NCBI RefSeq assembly: GCF_006345805.1
Contig: NC_043006.1
Location: 2,418,001 to 2,482,000, forward strand
Reading direction: 5' to 3'
Length of the DNA stretch: 64,000 nt
From: Octopus sinensis
Lineage: Eukaryota
Position 1 is the stretch's first letter. The number at the start of each line of letters is the position of its first letter. Position numbers and translations under genes: made by a program. The notes below the pieces were generated by a model. The model ran no database searches. It had not been told where the DNA came from and saw only the letters and a list, made by a program, of their open reading frames with translations. Positions 25,079-36,400 of this stretch are shown here, piece after piece.

Positions 25079-25298
25079 CCCCTTAGCATTCAAACCAGCC
25101 GTATCTAGCCAAAATATTTAACCTGTTTTATATTGAAACTGACCAGATCTCGCCTCTCACCTCAGCCCTACCATGTCATTCTAAAACTAAAAAATCCCAT
25201 CACTGAAATCTCTAAACTACAAGATAATGCAGGATTAATTCAAACCATTTTAAATAAACAAACATCACATTCGACAGAATAATCTGAACACTAAAGGG
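25079..25298. mobile_element. piggyBac-type MITE (family 1)
   Basis: TTAA|CCCCTTAGCATTCA...TGAACACTAAAGGG|TTAA; duplicate at 25911-26129. Confidence 0.85.
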
Positions 25299-25366
25299 TT
25301 AAAGCTGTTTGGACAGGGCATTACTACTTTTCAAAATAACAGCAATCTGGTAGAGGAAACAATGGT

Positions 25367-25413
<47 letters not shown>

Positions 25414-25910
25414 ATATGTATGTAAATCTCTCCAATACACCATGACATTCGATTTTCTCTTCTTATTTCTTTCTGTGGAAGAGCGTAGGCTCGAAATGTT
25501 AAAAACTTTTTCACTTCCAGAACATTGAACTAATACATCTGTTTGTTGTCTACACTTCTTGCCTTCGTCTATTTTTTTTTTTGTGAATTCTCCCATATAT
25601 GTATATATATATATATATTATATATATATACACACATATACATATACATACATATATATAAACACATGTTTACATGTCTACTTTGATGTGTGCATGTTGT
25701 AGCTTCACTGTAGTTTTTACATTACACACACACACACACACCACACCATTTTGCTGAACCTGGATATTCTTGAAAAACTGTTGGTCAGAGTTTCACATAC
25801 ACGCGACTGAGTATCAGCCAAATGAGGATTGTTTGGAACCAAAGAATGTTTGTAATGTTTATGAAGGGTGCAATGAAAATTCTTTAGCAACTCATCGAAT
25901 AAATATTTAA

Positions 25911-26129
25911 CCCTTAGCATTCAAACCAGCCGTATCTAGCCAAAATATTTAACCTGTTTTTATTTGAAACTGACCAGATCTCGCCTCTCACCTCAGCCCT
26001 ACCATGTCATTCTAAAACTAAAAAATCCCATCACTGAAATCTCTAAACTACAAGATAATGCAGGATTAATTCAAACCATTTTAAATAAACAAACATCACA
26101 TTCGACAGAATAATCTGAACACTAAAGGG
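25911..26129. mobile_element. piggyBac-type MITE (family 1), duplicated copy
   Basis: TTAA TSDs and CCCT/AGGG termini. Confidence 0.85.
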
Positions 26130-26197
26130 TTAAAGCTGTTTGGACAGGGCATTACTACTTTTCAAAATAACAGCAATCTGGTAGAGGAAACAATGGT

Positions 26198-26236
<39 letters not shown>

Positions 26237-26460
26237 TGTGTGTAATATATGTATGTAATCTCTCCAATACACCATGACATTCGATTTTCTCTTCTTATTT
26301 CTTTCTGTGGAAGAGCGTAGGCTCGAAATGTTAAAAACTTTTTCACTTCCAGAACATTGAACTAATACATCTGTTTGTTGTCTACACTTCTTGCCTTCGT
26401 CTATTTTTTTTTTTGTGAATTCTCCCAATATATGTATATATATATAATATATATATATAT

Positions 26461-26728
26461 ACTTTATTTAAAGCAGCAGAAAATTCAACAAAACCTGTTA
26501 CTCTGAGTTTCCCGTTGCCGTTCATCGGACAGTTTTTGCTAGCAAATAAAGTATATTACTCTACCACTGGTATTTGAGTACTCTTTTTTCCACCTTGTTT
26601 CACATTTATGTGTTTACTCCGGTATATATATATATCAGTTCCATTCTAGCAAAAACTGTCTGATGAACGGTAACGAGAAACTCAGAGTAACAGATTTTGT
26701 TGAATTTTCTGCTGCTTAAAATAAAGTA
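26461..26728. ncRNA. Inverted pair of type I hammerhead motifs in a Penelope-like pLTR
   Basis: ~82 bp inverted arms (26461-26542 / 26646-26728); plus copy ctgt-CTGATGA(26660)-a-CG gtaa CG-a-GAAA-CTCaGAG-TA-acag; the minus copy has CCGATGA. Confidence 0.8.
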
Positions 26729-26867
26729 TATATATATATATATATATATATTATCAAGTAAAGGTAATAAACCTCATTAAGGGATCATAGATCCAATGAA
26801 AATACTGGTTAGTTAACGGCTTTACAGCCATTATCTCAACATGCATTTTTAATCAGTATATCCTTAC

Positions 26868-26952
26868 TACCTCTGAAGAGATTCAACTTATAATGATTTT
26901 AATTTTATAAATTGATTATCTAAGGAATCCTAAATCGAAACACCTGTCAAAA
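26868..26952 (+). ncRNA. Hammerhead motif with long stem II, stem I degraded
   Basis: CTGAAGA(26873)-GATT...AATC-GAAA(26937)-CAccTG-TC. Confidence 0.55.
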
Positions 26953-27034
26953 TGTCATTTTTTATAATTAATAAATAATTTTATTAATTACCTCTCAATT
27001 TTCTCCTTATTCTTTATATACATACATACATACC

Positions 27035-27072
<38 letters not shown>

Positions 27073-27167
27073 CCACATATACATATATGCATATATTCAC
27101 ACACTCTCACATATATAATATATATACACACAAACATATATGTATGTATGTATGTACATATATATAT

Positions 27168-27209
<42 letters not shown>

Positions 27210-27377
27210 TATATATACATATATATAATATATAGAGAGTATACTTATAACATATAAATAACATATGTGGTATACAGATAATAAATATAATATACTTATA
27301 AGATATATACATGTAAATAACATATATATAATACACATTTATGATGATGGTGATATATGTGTATAATATATATTTAC

Positions 27378-27408
<31 letters not shown>

Positions 27409-27423
27409 TACATATTATATATA

Positions 27424-27467
<44 letters not shown>

Positions 27468-27871
27468 TTATATACATATATATATATGTATATAAATACA
27501 TATATAATATGTGTACGTCTTTCTTTATGTATGCACATGTGTGTGTATACATCTTTACCCTCGACCACGAGTATGTGTATGTGTACATGTGTACCGTGTG
27601 ACCAATGACATTTACATCTATCCTTCATTTAATTCCACTTCTTCACCGACGTCTTCCTCTTTCCACATCCACTCCAAGTGTAAAACAGCGGAAATAAAAA
27701 CCTCTAACAACAACCCCCCAACCCCCCACCACTCCATCCATCCATCTATTAAAATACGTATAAATACATATAAGAAGTCACACACACACACACACACATA
27801 TACACGCTCACACATACACAGACATACGTATGCATGCACAAGCAAAGACGGACATTTCACTGTTTCAATAC

Positions 27872-27902
<31 letters not shown>

Positions 27903-27993
27903 TTCTTATGCTACACCGTACATTAGTGTTTACATACTATTAATATTCGTTGGTTTGTAAATAGTACCGAATCAACCATAAATGTTTGCTGCC

Positions 27994-28022
27994 ATGGTCG
28001 CTAGATGTCTGCCTGGATCATT
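27994..28022 (+). other. Candidate first coding exon (MVARCLPGS..)
   Basis: Strong Kozak gccATGG followed 29 nt later by donor |gtgagt, in a CpG-retaining unique patch; no downstream in-frame exon found. Confidence 0.25.
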
Positions 28023-28383
28023 GTGAGTGGAGTAGTGGAAAACCTCTGTGTGTGTGTGTGTGTGGTACAGCAGGGCAATGGAGCAGTAATATACACAAAC
28101 AGTAGAAGGATGAAGAAAAAATACATACGAGAATGCACATATAGAGATTTATATACATGTATATATGCGTGTGTGTGTGTGTGTATGTATAGGTATATGT
28201 GTCTATGTATGTATGTATGCATGTCTAATATAGTATAACATATATATATATTATACGTGTGTGTGTGTATACACACGCACACAATACAAAATGTATGGAA
28301 ATTTGTGATAGCAAATTTGTGTGCTACATGTCTCACCATATACACATACATTTATCATACATTATATGTGTTTTATATATATG

Positions 28384-28429
<46 letters not shown>

Positions 28430-28717
28430 TATATGTGTGTGTGTGTGGTGTGTGTAACTTTACGCTCATCAGAGTTAGCTGATAAAGAAGGGAATATGGC
28501 AATGGCACGCTCTATGTGTATATATATTTATGTATTAGTTATTTATTTATTTTTATGTCCATATATTTATATCCATATATATATGCATATGTATGTATAC
28601 ATATATGTGTGTGTGAGTGCATGTGCAAATATATTTTGTATGCTTGTATGTGTATATATATTATATATATATGTATATATATATATATATATATACATTT
28701 ATATATATATGTATATA

Positions 28718-28748
<31 letters not shown>

Positions 28749-29187
28749 GTACATGTGTATACATATAAGCACACTGAATTCCACAGTAACTGCATACACA
28801 CATAAAAAGAAATCAACTCCACAAATAAATAAATGAATGAATGATTTGGTAAATAAGTAAAGATGAGGCTTAGCAGTGTTCCATAGAGTGATGCAGAATA
28901 GATGGAGTGAGAATGGTGATCTCTCAATACGTAGCATCACATTTACCAATTCCCTTCAGTGGTGTTGCTAAAGTCCTATGGACAAGTATTTCGACAAATA
29001 AAGATGTACCTCCACTCATTGCTCAGTAATTGTATTTCGTGCAATTAACTCTACTTTATACTCCCACTCCACTCCTGTTACTCGATCATACACATAACAA
29101 CAAACTGAAGCAATAATAATAAGGATAATGATAATGATGATAATAATAATAATAATAATAATAATATAATAATAATAATAATAATAA

Positions 29188-29400
29188 GTGCAAAAAATCG
29201 TATTAACTGGAACGGCTCATGTACTGAGAAGAGCATTATCGTTGTGAAAATAACATCCATGAATTTATTTAGTTATTAATTTTTAAATACATATTTTATC
29301 TTTGAATTTGCACGTGTAATCTGGAAATGCATACAATGCCCTTCTCTGCCCTAGGTGTATGGAAAACCCTCGGCGATAAACGGAAGAAAATTTGAAGAAA
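29188..29400 (+). mobile_element. R4/Dong-like extreme 3' end next to an (AAT)n tract
   Basis: VQKIVLTGTAHVLRRALSL* (29188-29247), the typical RLE-LINE C-terminus; similar remnant ITVGTAEILGKLL at ~30959-31070. Confidence 0.7.
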
Positions 29401-29406
29401 GAAGAT

Positions 29407-29955
29407 GCCCTGATGCAGTACCAAGCAGTGGCTCTCATGGCTTCTGATCTTAACTGATTGGAAGTGTTATCATGTACATTGTTTTGTCTTGGTATAAAAG
29501 ATGGGCTACAGCAAATATTCTGCTCAATACCACAGATTTGCTTGTCAGTTGTTTGACCTTAAACAGTTGAGCATGTCCCTTAGTGGCTGACGATATGTGC
29601 ATCTCTGATCATGAGCAGAAGTAGTAGGGGAGCATCATAGCCATGTGTTGAGAGGGATTCTTGGAGGTTTGAATAATTCACCTCCGGAAACATGGATGTT
29701 TCATTCAACATCCTTAAACAACCCTTATTCAGGGACCTTTTGAGCGGGATGGGTTACTCGACCAGAAGAAAATTCTAACTGGGCCCCACCTGCAAGGTCA
29801 TGTGCTGTTTATCTTGATATGAGATCACCATGTTCCACACATATAGTTATGATGCAAGTGCCTGGTGTACCATTATCAGACGGGTAGTCATGATGGGTAT
29901 ACTGGGCTTTGTATATTTTACCCCAGTGTCACTTTGATGGTATGCTCTCTCACCC

Positions 29956-29990
<35 letters not shown>
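29407..29990 (+). mobile_element. Unclassified hairpin-rich ~550 bp retroposon with (AAT)n tail
   Basis: Simple-repeat tail and multiple short stems; no ORF. Confidence 0.5.
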
Positions 29991-29996
<6 letters not shown>

Positions 29997-30029
29997 CGCT
30001 AACAATGACGATGATGATGATGATGATGA

Positions 30030-30690
30030 TGATTCCAAATTTTGGCACAAGGCCAGCAAGTTCGATGGGTGGTGGGGTAGGTTGATTACATTCACCCCAG
30101 TGCTCAACTGGTATTTATTTCATCAACCCTGAAAGGATGAAGGGCAAAGTCAACTTCTGTGGAATTTGAATCCAGAACATGAAGACAGGAAATTTTGTCA
30201 AGCATGCAAATGGTTCCACCAGTTCACTGCCTTCTGTTGCTTTGTTTCAGTCATTTGGCTGCGCCCATGCTGGAGTAATGCCTAGAGAGATTTTAGCTGA
30301 ACAAATCGACCCCAGGACTTATTTTTTAAGCCTAGTAATTGTTCTATTGGCCTTTTTTGCCAACTGCTGAGTGACAGGGGCCATAAACATACCAACACCA
30401 GTTGTCAAGCAGTGATGGGGAGGAGACAAACACAGACACTCCCAGACCCCAGTCGAACCGTTCAACCCATGCTAACATGGAAAGCGGATGTTAAACGATG
30501 ATGATGATGATGATGATGATGATGATACATACAAATATATATTTCAGTTTCTGTCTACCAAATCCACTCACAAGGATTCGGTCAGCCCGAGGTTATAGTA
30601 GAAGACATTTGCCCAAGGTGACACATAGTGGGACTGAACCCAGAACCATGTGGTTGGTAAGCAAGTTTCTTAACACACAGTCAGACCTGC
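30030..30690 (-). mobile_element. Adjacent degraded SINE B (30030-30230) and SINE A (30240-30690)
   Basis: Reverse matches to 57255-57472 and 34495-34970. Confidence 0.8.
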
Positions 30691-31969
30691 ACCTATATAT
30701 ACTCATGTTTTGACTTCTATTTTTCCTGTTTCCATCACCAAACCTGTATATATCATCATCATCATCATCGTTTAACGTCCGTTTTCCGCGCTAGCACGGG
30801 TTGAACTATGTAAAAAGCACCCACTACACTCACGGAGTGGTTGGCGTTAGGAAGGGCATCCAGCTGTAGAAACATTGCCAGATAAGACCGGAGCCTGGTG
30901 CAGCTTTCTGGCTTCCCAGATCCCCGGTCGAACCGTCCAACCCATGCTAGCATGGAGAATTACCGTTGGAACAGCAGAGATTCTGGGTAAATTACTCTTA
31001 CAAAGCAGAAAAATTTGTCAACAAACAGCCATGGGAAATAAACCCACATCTCTCAAAGACTCTGGCAGAATGCTTTTACCATTAACAAATTTATCCACAA
31101 ATTTAGATGCTAAATAGATGTAGTTCTCCAATGAAAATTTCAGATTTTTTGTTACACAATGAAATTTTGTCTTATTTTTCTCTTAGTTTTTTTTTCAGTA
31201 GAGTATGTTATGCGGATGATGTCCAGAGTTCAGAGTGGGAAATATAATGGGCGGATTAAGTCAATTATATCGACCCCAGTGCATAACTGGTACTTTATAC
31301 CATCAACCCTAAAAGATTGAAAAGCGAAGTCAGCCTCAGTGGTACTACAAAATCATCAGAAGAACAACATCATAGCAATATCACATCAACATCAAAACTG
31401 CATCACAACATCATCATCATCAATAGCAATACTATGACATCTACATCGTCAATAACAGAACTACACCACCATCATCATCATCAGCCACAACATTATTCTT
31501 CAACAAACTGCAACATAACAACAACAACAACATTATCAACAACTGTCAATTCTCATCACAATGAAGGAATAGACAAAAACCAGAAAATTAAAAAAACAAA
31601 AGTAAAATGCAAAAAAAAGGAAGAATATTTTGTATATTCCTCAGAGAGTAAAGTTGCAATAAAAAAAAAAGAAGATTCCTGGTTCCACATTTTGGTGATT
31701 GGAGAAATGTGAGGAGTGTATTCCTTGTGATTGTTAACCTCGAGATCATTACCACCACCACCACCACTACCACCACCACCACCACCACCACCACTACCAT
31801 CTTCATCATCATCATCACTGCTATCACCATCTCACTTCCACTATTGCCATTTCCCTCATTGTCTCCACCACCACCACTACCACCACAGTCATCAGCATTA
31901 CCATCAATATCAGCAGCAGCATCATCACCATCACCATAATCACTACCACCTTCAGCAGCAACAGCAAGT

Positions 31970-32362
31970 GGAGGCGCAATGGCCCAGTGGTTAGGGCAGC
32001 GGACTCGCGGTCGGAGGATCGCAGTTTCAATTCCCAGACTGGGTGTTGTGAGTGTTTATTGAGCGAAAACACCTAAATCTCCACGAGGCTCCAGCAGGTG
32101 GGTGGAGGCGACCCCTGTTGTACTATTTCACCCCAACTTTCTCTCACTCTTACTTCCTGTTTCTTGTCCCTGACTTCCTACGCAACCGCTGAGCCTGGAT
32201 GCGCATTCATCCATCCATCCGTCAATGCTTTCAGTGTCGGTGGGGTTGATCTGCTTTATCTTCTGTGGGTCTTACAAATAGCAAAGGACCACGTTTCGGA
32301 CTTCTCCCACTCTGGGATGAAGACCGCTTCGCTCAACAAACAAACAAACAAACAAACAAACA
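31970..32362 (+). mobile_element. tRNA-derived SINE (family C) with (CAAA)n tail
   Basis: A box TGGCCCAGTGG, B-box-like GTTTCAATTCC, tRNA-like head 'ggaggcgcaatggcccagtggttagggcagcggac'. Confidence 0.8.
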
Positions 32363-32529
32363 AAGCAGCAGCACCACCATCACCAATGTCATCATCATCA
32401 CTACCACAACCGTCACCACCCCCGTCATCTTCATCATCATCAACACCATCATTGTCAACATCATCACTACCACCACTACCACCTTCATCATCATCATCAT
32501 CATCATCATCACAACCACCATTATTTTCT

Positions 32530-33180
32530 ATGCACCCGCTTTCCATGCTTATATAGGTTGGATTAGTTTCCACAGGTCGAGTGAGGTTTTATTTTGGATT
32601 ACTGCCCTGGTATGTGGGTCTAAGGACCTTGTCTCACCCATACAGTCCATATTTGGTATAGTTTGTATAGCTGGATGCTCTTCATCATCCTTGTTTAACA
32701 CCTGGTCTCTATGCTGGCATGGGCTGGACGGTTTGTCATCAAGTTGGCGAGCTGGGAGCTTCCCAGCCTCCAAGTGTTTGTTGTGGCATGGTTTCTGCAG
32801 CTGCATGCCCTTCCTAGTGCCAACCACTTAGCAGAATGTGATGGGTGCTTTTTACATGCCACCAGCATGGATGCATAAATGCAACACTGGCACAGGTGCG
32901 ATAATGCAGCCCAAGCACAGGTGCTTTATAAGTGGTACTGACACCTGCAAGCAAAAGCCTGTATGAATGGAAGAAAGAGATTTTACTTAGCCTAACATGT
33001 CTTATCAAGTACAGCAAATCGCCACATCTCCTTTGTCATTTCCTCAATGAGGCCCAGCATCTGAAGATCCTCTCTCCTTCCACTTCGTCCCGCACCTTCT
33101 TGGGTCTACCCCTTCCACAGGTACCCTTCACGATTAGAGCTTAGCACTTCTTTATGCAGCTGTCCTCATCCATATGCCCT
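32530..33180 (-). mobile_element. Old RTE 3' end (ORF2 C-term + tail)
   Basis: 33040-33175 matches 20480-20620; tail motifs at 32530-32870. Confidence 0.75.
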
Positions 33181-33324
33181 TCATCAGCGTTATTATAACA
33201 GCATCACTATTTACATTATTTACATTTGATACATTTGACGGATATTTGTCCTCATCTTAATGATAATAACATCAAAAAATACCTTAGGAATGGGAACCCA
33301 GGTTTGAAATTTCCCCAAGACACC

Positions 33325-33367
<43 letters not shown>

Positions 33368-33808
33368 ATATCCATCAAATGTAAATAATGTACATAATTC
33401 CTCATCTCTTAAATATAGAACTGCATCACTATTGTTATCATCATCATCATCATCATCAGTTTATTTAATGTCTGTTTCCTATGCCGGCATGAGATGAATG
33501 GTCTGACAGGTGCTGGCAAGGCCAGGAGCTACACCATGTTCTATGCTCTGTTTTCACTTGGTTTCTACAGCTCGATGCCCTTCTCAATGCCAACCATTTT
33601 ACGGAGTGTAAGTGGATGCTTTTTACATGGCACCATCACCAGAGCATTTTGCATTCTGCATCATCGTCAATATTGGCATCATCATATTAGCCATCATCAT
33701 TTACATTTATCATCATCACGTTCATCATCATTGCCTTCATCATAACTGCTATTACCATCACCATCATCATTATCATCATTATCATCATTATAATCAATAT
33801 CAAAGCTG

Positions 33809-33841
<33 letters not shown>

Positions 33842-34494
33842 ACACTATCATCATGACATGATCACCACCACCATCGTCGTCGTTGTCATCATAATAATTT
33901 CTATCACCTGTATCAGCAGCAGCTCTGTTGTTGACAGCAACAGCTTAACCCTCGTCATCTTCATCACTATCACCATGCCATCTGCCAACTCTTTCTCTAC
34001 CTCCATGTCACCACCACAACCACCATCACCACTGCCACAACCACCATCACCACTGCCACAACCACCATCACCACTGCCACAACCACCACCACCACCACCA
34101 CCACCACAACCATCATCATCATCACCATCACCAGACAACTAAGTACCTTTTAACTCAATCACAATTACCAACACTGTCATCTTCGTTAATATCTTAGCTC
34201 TCGGTCTGGCTCTCTGTTACCACCACCACCACCAACACCGTCATCACTGCCACCACTAACTACCACCACAACCACTACAACCACCACAGTCAACTATTAC
34301 CACTACCACTACTGTTTCCACAACCAATAATGTTACATTAGTTAGATTACCTCAATTAATGCTGATAATTTTTGGTAAATTAAGTATGAAATTTGATTTT
34401 AATTCCTATTTGAAATACCTCAATATAACTTTTTAATTTTCAACTAATCCTTATTCTAAAATCTTGCATTTAATTAAAATAAGTTACCATATAA

Positions 34495-34663
34495 GTGCAG
34501 GAGTGGCTGTGTGGTAAGTAGCTTACTTACCAACCACATGGTTCCGGGTTCAGTCCCACTGCCTGGCACCTTGGGTAAGTGTCTTCTACTATAGCCTCGG
34601 GCCGACCAAGGCTTGTGAGTGGATTTGGTTGGCAGAAGCTGAAAGAAGCCTGTCGTATATATG

Positions 34664-34700
<37 letters not shown>

Positions 34701-34970
34701 CTGTGTGTGTGTGTATGTGTATGTGTGTGTCTGTGTGTGTGTCTGTCTGTGTGTGTGTGTGTGTGTGTGTCTGTGTTTGTCCCCAGCATCACTTGCCAAC
34801 TGATGCTGGCATGTTTATGTCCCTGTAACTTAGCGGTTCGGCAAAAGAGACCAATAGAATAAGTACTAGGCTTACAAAGAATAAGTCCTGGGGTTGATCT
34901 CTTCGACTAAAGGTGGTGCTCCAGCATGGCCACAGTCAAATGACGAAAACAAGTAAAAGAGTAAAAAGAG
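34495..34970 (+). mobile_element. SINE family A, full-length copy
   Basis: Head 'gcaggagtggctgtgtggtaag' (A-box-like TGGCTGTGTGG, B-box-like GGTTCAGTCCC), internal (TA)/(TG) tract, tail 'gaaaacaagtaaaaga'; >12 related copies in the window. Confidence 0.92.
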
Positions 34971-35469
34971 AGAGTAAGGAGTATATATTTTTCCAGCAAT
35001 GAAAAACCAATTTTAGAATAAAATAAATTACAGAATAGATTATGAGGATAAAAACAAACAAGCAATACTAATATAAGAATGATACCATTTTTTACACACA
35101 CACACATAATAACAAGGATGAAATGAATGGATGTCTTGGGTAGTGCTACATATGTTTCTGTAAGCAGGATATTATTTAGACAATGACTTATATAATTTGG
35201 CATGAAACCAAAATGCAAGATCGTATAGCATTATGTAATACTTTTCAGGTAATACTCCATTGGATGTTTTTTTAGGTGGTATACAACCGAAAATATGTCA
35301 CATGCCACAATACTTTTTGTTTGAAAGCACAGAAGTGTCTGTAACAGATAGAAAATGTCCACTAGCAGCAGAGGAATTGGAAGACCGTGTGACTTCTGTG
35401 TAATTGCAGAGACTTGCTACTGATGATGTGAGTCACAGATATTTTAATGGCATTACTAAACACAAAGTA

Positions 35470-35880
35470 TTCTGTTGTGTCTGGGGAGAGTCATTTTCTT
35501 TTTGTGCCTTATTATGTAACACACTCACAGGTAAAATTTCCACTTATTCCTTATTTTTTATTTTCCTAAAATTTTCATTGCGTCTTGCAACCTTTTAATA
35601 GTCTTGACTCTGTCCATTATTTACACTCAGTGTAAATATCGGACAAAGTGTAAATAACAGACAGAGTGTAAATAACGGACAGAGTCAAGACTATTGAAAA
35701 GGTTGCAAGACGCAATGAAAATTTTAGGAAAACAAAAATAAGGAATAAGTGGAAATTTTACCAGTGAGTGTGTTACATTATAAGGCACAAAAAGAAAATG
35801 ACTCTCCCCAGACACAACAGAATATGCTTCAACACACAAACTCACATAAAGAATCTTGCAAACCAAATCCCAAAACAAAA
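35470..35880. mobile_element. Fold-back insertion with ~160 bp inverted arms and 13-bp TSD
   Basis: Arms 35468-35628 / 35664-35824; three 18-bp units at the centre; TAAACACAAAGTA at 35457-35469 and 35881-35893. Confidence 0.85.
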
Positions 35881-36186
35881 TAAACACAAAGTAGTTGTTT
35901 TGTTAATAATGCCAGAAAACTGATCATAAGTGCATGAGTTCAGATCTTAATACTGACCATTGTGCTTGTGGCCTGCATGAACTGGAGGCTGGAGAGAGCT
36001 ATGAGAAAGCCTATATATGGTCAGATGATCTGCTAGGAAAATCAGCTAAATCTCCATTGAAAATGTAGAACAATAGAACACTCCTAAAATACCTTGAACA
36101 ATGTATTGTTGTTTAGGGGTCTAATTTGAATGGTACCGTTTGTATGACAGGGACAATCATTTACAACTATTTTATGATGTCAAGAA

Positions 36187-36400
36187 CACACACACACACA
36201 CACGCACACACACACACATACACACACGCACACACACAAACATACACACATGCACACACACACACATGTGCGCACACAAACATACACACATGTGCGCACT
36301 CACACATACACACATGTGCGCACACACACATACACACATGTGCGCACACACACAAACACACACATGCACACACACACACACTCACAAACACACACACACA
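36187..36400. repeat. (CA)n compound microsatellite
   Basis: Direct reading. Confidence 0.95.

Larger units (their letters stand above)
24790..26455. repeat. Near-identical tandem duplication, period ~835 bp
   Basis: 'acacatgtttacatgtcta' at 24827 and 25662; differences are mostly single-base and microsatellite indels. Confidence 0.95.

Noticed and set aside
31970-32045. Possible tRNA gene (also 14083-14150)
   Set aside because: A/B boxes are present but there is no proper acceptor stem, and the sequence continues into a SINE body and tail
31317-34142. Poly-His/Pro/Thr/Ser ORFs
   Set aside because: (CAT)n/(CAC)n trinucleotide repeats open in several frames; no domain or splice support
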